A stretch of 63,373 nucleotides of DNA, filler included, from Licmophora abbreviata (taxonomy: Eukaryota), in the NCBI GenBank assembly GCA_900291995.1. It is 11 parts of 11 records of this genome, joined end to end, with 100 filler letters (N's around TTAATTAATTAA, not from the genome) between each part and the next. Parts side by side here need not be neighbours in the genome. Positions count along the whole stretch, not along the records: positions 1 to 5,350 come from OLMU01005404.1; positions 5,451 to 12,710 come from OLMU01005405.1; 9 more parts are not named here. The stretch is one strand, 5' to 3'. The notes beneath the pieces are model-generated. The model saw nothing but the letters and a program-made list of their open reading frames with translations, did not search any database and was not told where the DNA came from. Position numbers and translations under genes: made by a program. Shown piece after piece: positions 1 through 11,183 of the stretch; the first letter of the stretch is position 1, and every line of letters begins with the position of its first letter.

Positions 1-1
1 T

Positions 2-1258
2 CGAATTGGCTCGATACATCCCGCACACACACTTCTTGCGCTCCCTGGCGTCAACTCCTGGACTACCAGTCCCTCGATATTGCCGACTCGCCACTACCAC
101 CGGGCCCCCGTTCATTCCTTTTCAATGGGTCGCTCTTTCGCTTCGCAGGGCGACAACGACAAAGCTCCATCGGAAGAAGAAGAGAAGGACGCCGATACTG
201 TCGCATCCGCACCGAAAGCTACCAAGCGCCAGCGCGCGTCGGCCAAGACTGCGTCCACACAAGCAAAGAAAACCAAGTCTGCTTCTCCCACGAAGAAGAA
301 GCGCACAAAGGCAGCAGATCACCAGCGGATTACGGAGCGCGACCCACTGCCCAGACTGTGGAATCCCGAGCAGGTCAACGACGGCTCCTACGCCTTCAAA
401 ATTGTTTCATGGAATGTTGCAGGTCTGCGGGCCTTGCTGAGAAAGAATCCGCAAGCGCTGTCGGAGATCGTTACCAATCACAAGATCGACGTGTTGTGTC
501 TGCAGGAGCACAAATTGCAAGAGATGCATCTTGACGACCCAAAACTGAAGATTGGTGGACATTTGCTGGAGGCGGAGGGATACGACGCGTACTATAGTTG
601 CTCGACTGCCAAGAAGGGCTATTCAGGGACGGCAGTCTTTGTCAAGCGACGAAATGACGATAATGAGATGGCACGTCTAGTGCCAACTAACGTGTCATAT
701 GGAATGGGAAAGGAACAGCACGATGCTGAGGGACGTATGATCAGCCTTGACTTTCCAGATTTCTCCATGACAAACGTATATGTCCCAAACTCTGGACAAA
801 AATTGGAGCGACTAGACTATCGTACAAAACAGTGGGATAAGGACTTTCTTGACTTTCAGCAAGAGACACAGAAGCGTCGTGGTGCTCCTGTGATGTGGTT
901 GGGAGATTTGAATATCGCGCACATGGCCCCAGACGTGTGGAACGACGGCGCCAAGCATCTCGATACACAAGCCGGAGTCACTCCTCAGGAGCGAGCGTCG
1001 TTTCAGGAACAGCTTGATTCTGGCTTCGTTGACGCATTTCGAAAGCTCCACCCGACAAAACAGGGTCAATACTCGTATTGGAGTATGAGGGCTGGAAACC
1101 GTCTACCAAACAAGGGCTTGCGTCTCGATTATTTTGTCTGTGATTCGTCGCTCTTCGACGACGACAGCAAAGCTGTCGTGAGAGATACCTATATTCTGCA
1201 TGATCAGGAGGGAAGCGACCATTGTCCAGTGGTTCTAGAGCTGGAGATTAAACGGTGA
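2..1258 (+). CDS. AP endonuclease / exodeoxyribonuclease III (APE1/ARP-like), probably 5'-partial
   Basis: Motifs SWNVAGLR, LCLQEHK, GYSGTA, EGR, YVPNSG, GDLNIAH, RLDYF, GSDHCP. The frame is open from nt 2 (the ORF-track start at 80 is TTG; the first ATG is at 125). Confidence 0.93.
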   Translation, partial: RIGSIHPAHTLLALPGVNSWTTSPSILPTRHYHRAPVHSFSMGRSFASQGDNDKAPSEEEEKDADTVASAPKATKRQRASAKTASTQAKKTKSASPTKKKRTKAADHQRITERDPLPRLWNPEQVNDGSYAFKIVSWNVAGLRALLRKNPQALSEIVTNHKIDVLCLQEHKLQEMHLDDPKLKIGGHLLEAEGYDAYYSCSTAKKGYSGTAVFVKRRNDDNEMARLVPTNVSYGMGKEQHDAEGRMISLDFPDFSMTNVYVPNSGQKLERLDYRTKQWDKDFLDFQQETQKRRGAPVMWLGDLNIAHMAPDVWNDGAKHLDTQAGVTPQERASFQEQLDSGFVDAFRKLHPTKQGQYSYWSMRAGNRLPNKGLRLDYFVCDSSLFDDDSKAVVRDTYILHDQEGSDHCPVVLELEIKR

Positions 1259-1301
1259 TGCAAGTACTGATTTGCCATTTTGGTATGTAACACGATACTT
1301 A

Positions 1302-3540
1302 TTATGACATGGTTCCAATAACGGTGGCGTCTTGTAGGACTTCAGGTGGCTGTTCGCGAACTTTTGGAGGCTCAAAGGACGGCGCCGTTGCAGCAGCATG
1401 CTCTCGAGCCTCGCGGTCTCGCACAATCTTGCCCTCTGCCTCCAGAATTTGTCGATCTCCGCATATTTCTGCAAAGTATACAGACATAGCTTCAAGTGAT
1501 CGCCCGTTTGTCTCAGGAAGATAGCTGTACAGGAACACGCAAATGATGATGCATACACATGCGAGGAAGAAGAAGAATGCTGACCATGACATGTGGCTCG
1601 CTGTCGAGAGGAACGTGGAAGACATCAGTGTTGCGGTCGCTCGATTGAGAAAACTAGCGACACTCATAGCCTTGGCCCGAATACTGCTGGCAAATACTTC
1701 CGAAGAGACAAGCCATGCTCCAGGCCCCAGTCCAATACTGAAGAATGCCATGAACAGCGCCATTGCGAATATCCCAAACCCGCCGCTATAGTTGTCCGAT
1801 CCATAAAAGTCAATGGATAACATTAGAAGCGCGATCGTCATACCTGTGCATGCACAAGAAGGGGCAGAAAGAACCCGAAGCGTGAATACAACCACTTTGG
1901 TACCACACCGCTGGCAGTCCACATACTGCGGCACTTACCGGCAAGTGATACGAATAGCACCGCTCGTCTCCCCTTTTGGTCAAAGAGCTTGCCTCCAACG
2001 ACCACAAAGATGATCTTTACGAGTCCCAAAGTGATGAGTACAGCAGTTTGAACCTCTGTGCTCTCTGTCCCGGACTCCTCCACCACAAAGAGGAGAAAGT
2101 AGTGAATGGCTTCAGTGCCTACGGCCTGCTGAGCAATGGCGATCCCGATTCCAACCAGTAGCATGCGCTGAAACGCAGGCGTTGGAAACAATAATATGTT
2201 CCATCCCATCTCTCGCTCCGCAATAATTTCTCGCTCAATGGATTCGCGAATATCTAGTACAACCTTTTCCACTTCAAAGTCTGTCAATGGAAGTTCCGGA
2301 ACGGAGTTGAATGATCAAAAAGGTAAGATGCAATAGGTATGGCACGAGGTGCAACACATAGGGACTCATCAGAGGCATGGATATACCTTCTGGATAGACT
2401 TGTCGCAGTACTGCCTTCGCTTCCCGCGTTCTTTTCTGAAGTACAAGCCACCGCGGCGACTCTGGAAGAACACAAAGCGTCAACAGAATCATGAAAAACG
2501 GTAGCACGGCCCCGAAAGCAATCATGTATCGCCAACTACTATCACCAGAGACACCGCTTAGAGCAAGGCTTGATATGAGCCCTAGTACGATTCCTTCGAG
2601 ATGAAGACAGAGAATATGGTGGTTTTGATGAGATGTCGATATCCGAAGCACACGCACAAGGAGAAGTCGTCACGAACTCACCGACATTCATTCCTACTTC
2701 CGACCAAGTCACGAGTTTCCCTCGCTGTGACGCTGGGGAGATCTCTGAAATGTACATAGGGTCAACCTGAAAGTGAAGATATCAGTAGGCGGGTGAGAAT
2801 TTTGTTTGGGTGCATGGAGAGGCATTTTGAGCAATGCTGCGTACCGCTAGGCCAAAGCCAACGCCCAACCCGAGGAAAGCTCGACCGATCATGAGAATGC
2901 CGAACGTGGACCCATATGCCATTGTAGCAAAACCAGCGATAAATAAGATCGAAGCGATCTTAAACCAGGCAAGAGAGAAGTCATATTGTCGTAGTGAGCA
3001 TCCTTCTTGCCAAAAGCAAACAATATAACAGACGTTTACCATCACGTCGGTCCGAAGCGTAGCAAAAGTCTTACGTACCAGAAACGATCTTCGGCGACCG
3101 TATCTATCAGAGATAAAGTGCGAAAGGATTGCCCCAACCATGGAAAATAGGTTCAAACTACCAATCAAGATCTCAATCTCTTTGTCTGTAAGGTCTAAGT
3201 CGTCTTGAATGAGAAGTCCAGCGTTTGTTGTGACTCCCAGGTCGTATCCAAGACTGCACGAGTTGATAGAGGCACAGATTGCCAAGACCATCGTTGATCG
3301 GTTGTCGTCGATAGTAAACTCACCAAAGTCTCCTCGATGCTCTCCAGGATGACTCAACAGTAGCTTTGGCATGTCTTCATGAGGAAGATGGGAGTCCATG
3401 CCAGTGGCCGTGTATCCGTCATCAGCCGAAGCATCGTCGTCATAGTCAAAGTCGATGTCAGGTCCGGCAATCGGCTGTCTCTCGTCTGTCAGCGAATATC
3501 CATCAGCGACGGTAAAAGGGTTGGGTCCATTGGAAGACAT
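1302..3540 (-). CDS. MFS sugar/polyol porter (6 exons: 3540-3079, 2958-2845, 2766-2682, 2593-2387, 2280-1939, 1843-1302)
   Basis: Motifs LGYDLG, SDRYGRR, GRAFLGLGVG, YISEISP..RG, PESPRWL, QQAVG, GRR, SEVF..IR, LPETNG. GT-AG introns join the ORF fragments in frame. Confidence 0.9.
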
Positions 3541-3951
3541 GATGGGTCTATGTGGCTATGCGGAAGGGAAAAAGAGGCAAGATTGGTTCATCGGCACCGC
3601 TTCATCATGCATCAAGGTTGAGAGTTGAGAGGCATCAATTTGTGGCGAAAAGTGAAAGAGCTTTTGAGAATGACCCATCGTGTCCTTTGGGCCTTCTGAC
3701 ACATAAAGAGAATGACTCACGACCCATTCGACTCAAATCACACCCAGACCACGAGTGGAGTGAGTCGAGTGAGTCAAGTCGAGTCATCAGTCGATTGATT
3801 GATTCTGTCACGAGTCACGAGGGGATGCCGCAACGCGAACTCGCACATGATGATGCCGCAAGGACTGTGCGGAGCACAAAGAAGCCATCTCACTCACCCT
3901 CACTTTTCCTTGACGCTCTCCTGAGATTGAGAACAAGGCCATCTCGTCGCC

Positions 3952-5680
3952 ATGAGTCTTCTGAGAATGAATAGACCGCTCTTGGTCGCGTTTGCATGTC
4001 TTCAGTGCACCCTGCTGGGTGGTTTGGTGTTTGGATGGGCCAGTGTCGCCGGAACTCTTCTGATTGCAAGCGAAGCGGATGGCGGAGCAGGATTGACCGT
4101 CGAAGAAACCACGAGGATCTTTGCAGCGGCAGCTAGCGTGTCGTCGTTCTCATCACTCATTCTAGGGATAGTCCTCGACAGGTTTGGCCCAAGAGCATGC
4201 TCCCTGCTGTCTCACATCACGATCGCCATCGGATGCCAGTTATTTGCCGCTGCCCAGAATTACGCCCACTTCAACTTTGCTGCATGCCTGATTGCGTTCG
4301 GCGGACCGGGAATTATCAGCTCCGTCGTTCACATTGCCAATCTGTTTGACAAGACGCAATTTCTTGTCATGAGCTCAGTGACAGGGTCCATGACACTATC
4401 CTTCCTTGTGCTACCAATCTTCGGTGTCCTCTGGGAGCAATATGGCATCGGCGTCCGATCTATGTTTGGATCATATGTCTTTGTTGTGTTGCTATCATCG
4501 ATTGTGTCCGTCGTTCTGTGGCCAGACACTCCTTATGAGAAGAAATCTGCTGAGAATGGGGACCTTTTGCTCGACGACGATGGACCCCTAGATGTATCGT
4601 TTGAAGAGCAACTTGTCGATGCCGCTCTTGATCACAATAAGTTGATCGAACAGCCGCTCAATTCATTCTTGCGAAGAAATTCGCACCACCAGCTCGACAG
4701 AACGCAATCCTTTATTGTGTCTGTACAGGCGGTCCAACAGGGACAGGATTCTCTTGTGAGTTTGAAGGACCTTCCCTTTGGTCGCCAAGTGATTAGCCTT
4801 GTGTATGGGCGCTGCATTGTGGTCTTCATATTCACCGTGTTCTTCGCAAATCTCTACATTGGTTCACTTCCAATCGAGGTACGTAAAATGTACACTTTAA
4901 CAGTTTTTTGGGATGACAGTATGCGTTGCTCAATTGTTGCTGCGCTCTTTTTTGCTTCGTAGCTCGCCGATACGCTCCTCTTTACAGATGCACAGACTGT
5001 GCGACTTGCAAACGCCTTCACGCTCATCATGTCATGCGGCACTCCCGTTTCACTTGCCACCGGCTGGCTCATGGATCAGGTGGGACTAGAAGCTTGTACA
5101 GGGATCACTCTCACGATGGGAGTCCTTCAGATGTTGACGGTCATTCTGCTATGTAGATCGGAAGTGATGATGCTTGTAGCCTTCACATTCTACACGATGT
5201 TCCGCAACAGTCTGTTCCCAATCTTTATTGCCAGCGTCTCCTCCTTGCTAGGGTTCAAGTACTTCGGACTCTTGTCGGGCCTCGGGTACGCTCTGTCCGG
5301 CGTCGCGCAGCTCTTCATGGCGGACCTTGTGCGCAGGACGCAAGGGACTTNNNNNNNNNNNNNNNNNNNNNNNNNNNNNNNNNNNNNNNNNNNNTTAATT
5401 AATTAANNNNNNNNNNNNNNNNNNNNNNNNNNNNNNNNNNNNNNNNNNNNACTGCGACTCGGGATCCTGGATTCAGCTTCATGTGGTTCAGTTGTGCTTT
5501 CTGTGTATATTGGGACTGGTGCCTGTGTGGGACTACCGTGCGAGAATGCGGCGACAGCAAATCATCAGCAAGGTACAGACGCCCCGTGTGGCTACCGCGT
5601 ATGGCTCGATGGACACCATTCCCAGTGTCCAGGTTGGTAGCGACATTGAGTTTCTGGAGGCAGACTCAAACTTTACTTAA
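3952..5680 (+). CDS. MFS transporter, SLC43/LAT3-like (intron 4879-4962; interrupted by gap 5351-5450)
   Basis: GLVFGWAS in TM1, LDRFGPR loop, GWLMDQVG, and FGLLSGL near the C-terminus; many hydrophobic segments. The C-terminal fragment continues after the gap. Confidence 0.8.
5351..5450. other. Scaffold gap spacer N44-TTAATTAATTAA-N44
   Basis: Artificial six-frame-stop linker, identical at ten positions in the window. Confidence 0.98.
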
Positions 5681-6383
5681 AGACCGACGGATGCAATAGT
5701 TGCTTTTTCCCAATGCTTTGTAATCTATTGGGGCTCCTTGCTCGACGCCCGCTTGAGAGACAATCGCTGTGGCTCTACCAGTGATCAACGCCCACGACGA
5801 AACGTCGGTCGAATCAGAGATATCCGCAACATTTACATAGCTTACGTTTCGCTCATTGAATGGCCGCCGATATGTCAGCACCACTGTAGGCACTACAACA
5901 AATGGAGTGAGGCTGTTCAAAAACCTTCTTATACTTACTTCGTGGTACTTCTAGCTATGTCAAGCGGGGAAATCGATGGTCCAGCGGCGCAGTCTGAAAC
6001 TTGCATGGAAGCCGTTGCGAGGCTCCACTCGTCACGGCGGTTGTACTATCAGTAGTGATTGTAAACTAATCTAGGATCCTCATACTACCTTAGAATCTTG
6101 GCTTGTCATGATTCCGCAATACAGCCGTCCGTCAGCCATCGGATCACTCAGTGGATGATGACGTCATTATACTAATTCCTCCGTGGACAGCGTCGTATGT
6201 ACAAGTCAAGGGGAGTGCTCAAGTACGTGCGGTTACGAAGCCAGAATTTCCGCATTCGAACAAAAAGCGATATTGAATATGAGAGGGACAGCCTCATCAT
6301 CGTCGTCAATCTCCCACCATCGCTGGAGCAGGCATTTCACATAGTGGAATACGAAAACGACCTTGCGGTGTCTACTCTCCACC

Positions 6384-6926
6384 ATGAGTCATTACGGCTT
6401 CGTCGCGTTTCTCAAGTGTGAGGCCACTCAAGCCGAAGAAAGAGCCAAGCACCTCCGTGCGACGGCTCTGTCGATAGAGGCCCGCGTGCCACGCCGTACG
6501 TATCTTGCCAGCGAATCTTCTCTCTTCGCACTGTACTGTCATTGTTGCTCACTTTTTGAACCGGTTTTGGCGCGCTTTTTCACAGATATCCAGCGAAATC
6601 GAAAGCGTGCGGCTGTTAGAGAGAAACGCACGCCCACTGCCTACAGCGTATTCGTGAAGGAGAACTATGACCTCATGAAGAACGCACACGTCAGTCTCTC
6701 CTCTGCTGAGATTACAAGTGCGATTTCACGTCAGTGGGCAGCAACAAGCGAGGAAGAAAAACAGCTTTGGAAGGACCGCGCCTTGGCAGAAAAGGAGGCT
6801 GGAGAGGAGGCCCAAGCAGTGGACGACGACGTCTTGGGACTTGCACATGCCGACGATAGCGCAGACGACGACGAGAAGAGCGGAAAGAAGCGCGCAAGGA
6901 AGACGATGCAAATCTCTGAAGTATAG
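6384..6926 (+). CDS. Small HMG-box protein (probable in-frame intron 6496-6585)
   Basis: KRTPTAYSVFVKENY...ISRQWAATSEEEKQLW is an HMG box, followed by an acidic/basic tail. A 90-nt GTACGT...CACAG intron is predicted. Confidence 0.85.
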   Translation: MSHYGFVAFLKCEATQAEERAKHLRATALSIEARVPRRTYLASESSLFALYCHCCSLFEPVLARFFTDIQRNRKRAAVREKRTPTAYSVFVKENYDLMKNAHVSLSSAEITSAISRQWAATSEEEKQLWKDRALAEKEAGEEAQAVDDDVLGLAHADDSADDDEKSGKKRARKTMQISEV

Positions 6927-7024
6927 ATACGTTGCTCCCGAGGGAGGATGCATGCGGAAACAAGAAATGCTTTGTAGAGTTCGAGTAAACGATTCCATAA
7001 CCCTCATCCCAGTGGACTATTATG

Positions 7025-8665
7025 TTACTGTATTTGGTCAGCCGCCTTCAGCCTCAACAAGTCGAGCGGACCGTCCTCATCGACGATCTTGACAAGCGAC
7101 GTGACCCCCCTCATGAATTGCAGAGCAATGAGCGCACACCACACATGCAGTAAGGTATCGCTGGACCCATAGACTTGCTGGAGTAAACTAAACGTGCACA
7201 ACGCCGTACCAGCACTTATAGCCATGCTCTTTGCCTGAAACGCGAACTCCGAAGCGCCTTGTAGAACGCCGTCAGCTGCAAAGACGAGCGAGTTCAATGG
7301 CTGCGCAAGTATGATAAGAGTAAGAATCTCTGAAAGCTCTTTCTTTGTAGCGGCATCCTGCGTGAAAATGTTTAGCAGGAAACTTGTCGATTGGCCGAGC
7401 TGGAGGCCTCCGGCAAGTAGAAGCCCCAAGGTTGCGCTGTAGCCAAACACAGTCAAACTAACAACCCGCGCCTTCTCCTTGTCGTCTCTGCCGAGAGCAT
7501 CTGCCACCAAAGCTTGCGAGGCGGCTGCCAGAGCATCAGCAATAAAAGAACACAGTAGCCACAACTGGATTGCGATCTGATGCGCTGCAACACTCGCAGA
7601 CATACCGCTATCTCGGGCGGCAAGCGCGGCTGCCGACGACAGAGCGATCTGCAGTGTGACAGATCGCAGGAAAAGTGACGCCGAAGCAACCAAAAGGGGG
7701 CGAATATCATCCCATTGAGGTATTGAAAGTGTGGGTGTGACTGTAAGCGTTACGTCTCCCTTCTGCTTGTTGCTTCCGAGCTGTCCCGCGGCCGACGGTA
7801 AGCTCCCGGAGAGGACGCCGAAAAACAAAGCCGCGCTAATCCATTCTGCTGTCGTGGTTGCGATTGCCGCTCCCTTAGGACCTAATCCAAATCCAACGAT
7901 AAGAATTAAATCCAGAGCTAAATTGATCAAATTGGCTGCAACGAGAATGAAAATTGGCGTTTTTGTATCCAAATAGCCCCGTAGTACCCCCGTCGACGCG
8001 GATATGAACAGCACGGCAGGAGCAGCCAGCGCTCGTAGTGACAAAAAGTCCAAGGCGAAACCATTCGCAACAGGGCCTGTGTTGCCAGTGCCCATAAGCG
8101 TGAGTAATGGCTGCTCCAACCCTAGCAGGATGGCAGTAACCACGCCACCTGTCACCAAACTGAATGTGAGGGCTTGACCTCCCACCGCGTTGGCTCCACT
8201 TTCATTCCCAGAGGCTCGATTAGATGCAACAAGTGGCGTTGTAGCAGTACAAAAGAAGCCAAAGAGATAAAAGGAAAAGTTGAGCAGCGCTACTGCGGAG
8301 CCCATTCCTGCCAAGGCATCAGCTGTTTCAGCGAATCGACCAACAAACGCCGTGTCGGCTAGAGTCATCAGCGGGTCGATCAGAAGTGCCCCCAAGGCGG
8401 GAACGGCAAGTCCCAGAATAGCGCGTCCTGTTGTTTCTTCTTCTTCAAAGTCGTCGTCTGCACGTTCTGCAAGCAAGGGTGTGCTTTCTGATGACTTGTG
8501 AGAATGGGGTCCGGAACCCAGCTCGAACGAAGTTTCGAATGACGGTCGACGCACTCCTGGGAATTGAACCGGAGCCATTCTCGTGAATCCACAACTCTCT
8601 CTCGTCAAGATTATCCCAAGGAGGAGAAAGCACAGATAAGAGAACTTTGCCTGTCGGTCGATCAT
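7025..8665 (-). CDS. MATE (DinF-like) efflux transporter, probably plastid-targeted
   Basis: Motifs LIDPLMTLADTAFVG, GVLRGYLDTKTP, GAAIAT, AAHQI, DGVLQGA. N-terminal signal peptide followed by 'CG-F' and a transit-like region. Confidence 0.9.
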   Translation of the reverse strand: MIDRQAKFSYLCFLLLGIILTRESCGFTRMAPVQFPGVRRPSFETSFELGSGPHSHKSSESTPLLAERADDDFEEEETTGRAILGLAVPALGALLIDPLMTLADTAFVGRFAETADALAGMGSAVALLNFSFYLFGFFCTATTPLVASNRASGNESGANAVGGQALTFSLVTGGVVTAILLGLEQPLLTLMGTGNTGPVANGFALDFLSLRALAAPAVLFISASTGVLRGYLDTKTPIFILVAANLINLALDLILIVGFGLGPKGAAIATTTAEWISAALFFGVLSGSLPSAAGQLGSNKQKGDVTLTVTPTLSIPQWDDIRPLLVASASLFLRSVTLQIALSSAAALAARDSGMSASVAAHQIAIQLWLLCSFIADALAAASQALVADALGRDDKEKARVVSLTVFGYSATLGLLLAGGLQLGQSTSFLLNIFTQDAATKKELSEILTLIILAQPLNSLVFAADGVLQGASEFAFQAKSMAISAGTALCTFSLLQQVYGSSDTLLHVWCALIALQFMRGVTSLVKIVDEDGPLDLLRLKAADQIQ

Positions 8666-8754
8666 TTCATCGTCGCTTCAACAGTCTGTGCAAGCCAAAG
8701 TATAGCATTATGATGTGTGTGTGGTGATGAAAGACGCCGCGGTTCTGTTTTTTA

Positions 8755-8843
8755 GACACACACACACACAGCGCGTGCGCGCCCTCTCGTTGCGGCTCGG
8801 CAAAACGACGACAACTGCAGTAACAACAACAACAACAACAACA
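8755..8843 (+). repeat. (CA)n and (AAC)n microsatellites in the MATE/SMP-30 divergent intergenic region
   Basis: acacacacacacaca at ~8756-8770 and aacaacaacaacaacaacaac at ~8822-8843. Confidence 0.85.
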
Positions 8844-8929
8844 CGCACAGACTCATCCTTCATCATCACATCGCGCAGGCTCAGCACATCACTGTACAAC
8901 TCACTCTAAAGAAATAAAACTGACGTTTA

Positions 8930-9889
8930 ATGTCGGAAACACCCATTTTTGTTGACGCGCGTCTACTGGTGAAGATCCGATGTGAGCTCGGCGAGTGCAT
9001 TCTGTATGACGACGAGAACGACACTTTGCTTTGGACCGACATTCTTGGTAAAAAGTTTCATCGACTTCCGTTGTCCGATGATCGTGATATACAGGTCGAC
9101 ACTTTCGAGGTCCCTCGGATGCTTGGATCCTTTGCCTTGTTGCCTCCAACCGAACCTGGGTATCTTTGCGCATGGGAGGACGGCTTCCAAGTCTTCGACA
9201 TTGAGAAGTGTGTAGCGTTGGGGGACATGAGTCTTGGCGAAGATGTGAATCCCAGGAAGTTGCCGACACGATTGAACGATGGGCGATGCGCTCCTAATGG
9301 CAGGCGCTTCGTCTGCGGGGGCTACTTTGGGGAGCTACCCGACATTTCCATGAAGGTCTACAAGGTTGAATACGACACCGATGGAAGACTGGTTCACTCG
9401 CCTATCCAAGAGGAGATTCGCACAACCAACAGCATTTGCTTCGCACCAGATGGCACCACTATGTACTTGGCGGACTCGCCTACCATGACTATCCATAAGT
9501 TCGACTACGAAAACGACAAGGGGTCAATTACTAACAAGATGGCGGTGCACAAGGCGCCACTTGGAGTCCCCGATGGCTCTTGCGTCGACGCTGAGGGGTT
9601 CATCTGGAATGCAGTCTGGCGATCTGGAGCCGGACCGTCCATGGTAAATAGAATCAATCCAGAGAACGGCGAGATCGTGTTGACTGTCCGTATGCCTGAC
9701 GGAACCTCGCAGGTGACATGCTGCTGCTTTGGCGGAAAGGACTTGGACCTGCTCTTCATCTCGAGTGCGGCAGAATCGACTGTCGTCTCTAAGGAGCCAA
9801 ACGCAGGCGGAATCTACGTTGCAAACGTCGGCATAAAAGGCAGGAAAGAGGCGAGATTTGTTGGGAAGTGTTATGATACGGGCAGCTGA
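8930..9889 (+). CDS. SMP-30/gluconolactonase/regucalcin family protein
   Basis: Motifs LGEC..Y, LLWTDI, RLNDG, NSICFAPDG..MYLADS, PDGSCVDAEG, TCCCFGG; intronless. Confidence 0.92.
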   Translation: MSETPIFVDARLLVKIRCELGECILYDDENDTLLWTDILGKKFHRLPLSDDRDIQVDTFEVPRMLGSFALLPPTEPGYLCAWEDGFQVFDIEKCVALGDMSLGEDVNPRKLPTRLNDGRCAPNGRRFVCGGYFGELPDISMKVYKVEYDTDGRLVHSPIQEEIRTTNSICFAPDGTTMYLADSPTMTIHKFDYENDKGSITNKMAVHKAPLGVPDGSCVDAEGFIWNAVWRSGAGPSMVNRINPENGEIVLTVRMPDGTSQVTCCCFGGKDLDLLFISSAAESTVVSKEPNAGGIYVANVGIKGRKEARFVGKCYDTGS

Positions 9890-10280
9890 ACTATGGTAGC
9901 GTATGAATATTCCGTTCTGGACTCGACCAACCATGTATCATACGAGTAGCTAAAGAATGTCATGTTAGATTTTGGTCGAGCTCTGAGTTGTATTACAACT
10001 CACATGCGGTTATACAATATACGGTCCGTTTACACTCAAAAAATATACTTTATTGAGTTCTGGATATTATCATTCATTCTCATATTTATTTTGCCATGTA
10101 GGCTATTCACAAGAATGACATTCTCAGAAATTTGGCGGCCATCACTGTGTACCGGTGGATGGCAACACAAAATCGCAGACCTCATTTCGACTCTCGAAGC
10201 GACTGGACGCAACAACACCGCAGATGATTTCTTCTTTCAATTAAATCCTGGGGGAGGCGAACGCAACAACTGATAATTTC

Positions 10281-10775
10281 ATGTCAGGTTCAGACCCATC
10301 TGCTGGTAGCGCCGGGGTGCCATTCCATGACGCGGGAGACTCGGACGGCAACGAATGGAGGTCGTCAGCGCGAGTGGGACCGCCGGGCATGGGATCGTTT
10401 TCGATAAATGAAACGGCAGTTCCAATACACCATCGTCGTCGAATGTCTCCCCCTCTAATCGATCCACGGCAACGAACTGGACCGCATGGCTCCCCCCTTC
10501 ATGTCCAGGGACCACCACCTCTCGCTCAACGCATCATCATGGTGGGTTCAGAGGCAATCAACGCTACGACGGTTACTCCGGACTCGCGACAACTGATGCA
10601 GCTTCCCTCCATGAGTCCCCTCAATCCGGCCATGAATTGGGGAGCGAGGACGCCCTTGTCAGTCATGGTGAACTCGCCCACAAAGCGTCGTCGAGGTGCA
10701 ACACCATCAGGTAAGGCAAAGGTTTCGATTTTCGGCCAGCTTTCCGCCGCTGTTGGAGGGAAGCGAGCGATATAG
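10281..10775 (+). CDS. Hypothetical disordered SP/TP-rich protein (or upstream exon of the E2F locus)
   Basis: ATG-initiated 164-aa ORF rich in Ser/Pro with a KRRR motif; possible splice donor at 10711. No recognised domain. Confidence 0.45.
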   Translation: MSGSDPSAGSAGVPFHDAGDSDGNEWRSSARVGPPGMGSFSINETAVPIHHRRRMSPPLIDPRQRTGPHGSPLHVQGPPPLAQRIIMVGSEAINATTVTPDSRQLMQLPSMSPLNPAMNWGARTPLSVMVNSPTKRRRGATPSGKAKVSIFGQLSAAVGGKRAI

Positions 10776-11183
10776 ATGCCTCGTGTATGTATATTTCTGT
10801 CACAGTTTGATACGCACTCTGAAAGATACTGAGTGAAATTTTTGTCACATAATATCTCGTATCTGGTACTGAATAGTAACATGTGGCCGGTCGTGGGGCT
10901 GAACGGCAATATGATACTTCTGAATCTTGATGACCCGGCCGCGCCAAACATGTGACACTGAAAACGCCGAATTACGATGCGTTCACGCTTTGGAGCCTTG
11001 TAAGCCTACGATTGTTGCGAGACCTATCATGCACCCACGCACATGCGTTTAGTCGTACCCAGCTGATTGTGAATCGCTCAACTCTCCAGATCTCTGAACG
11101 ACGTGTGTGTATCTATAAAGCATGACTCTGAACGCTCACCCGATGATTTGCTTTCATTTTTCTCAATCTCTTCACGTCCTATC

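Noticed and set aside
6150..6260. Perfect box C (ATGATGA) upstream of the HMG gene
   Set aside because: No box D (CTGA) or terminal stem was found at a plausible distance.
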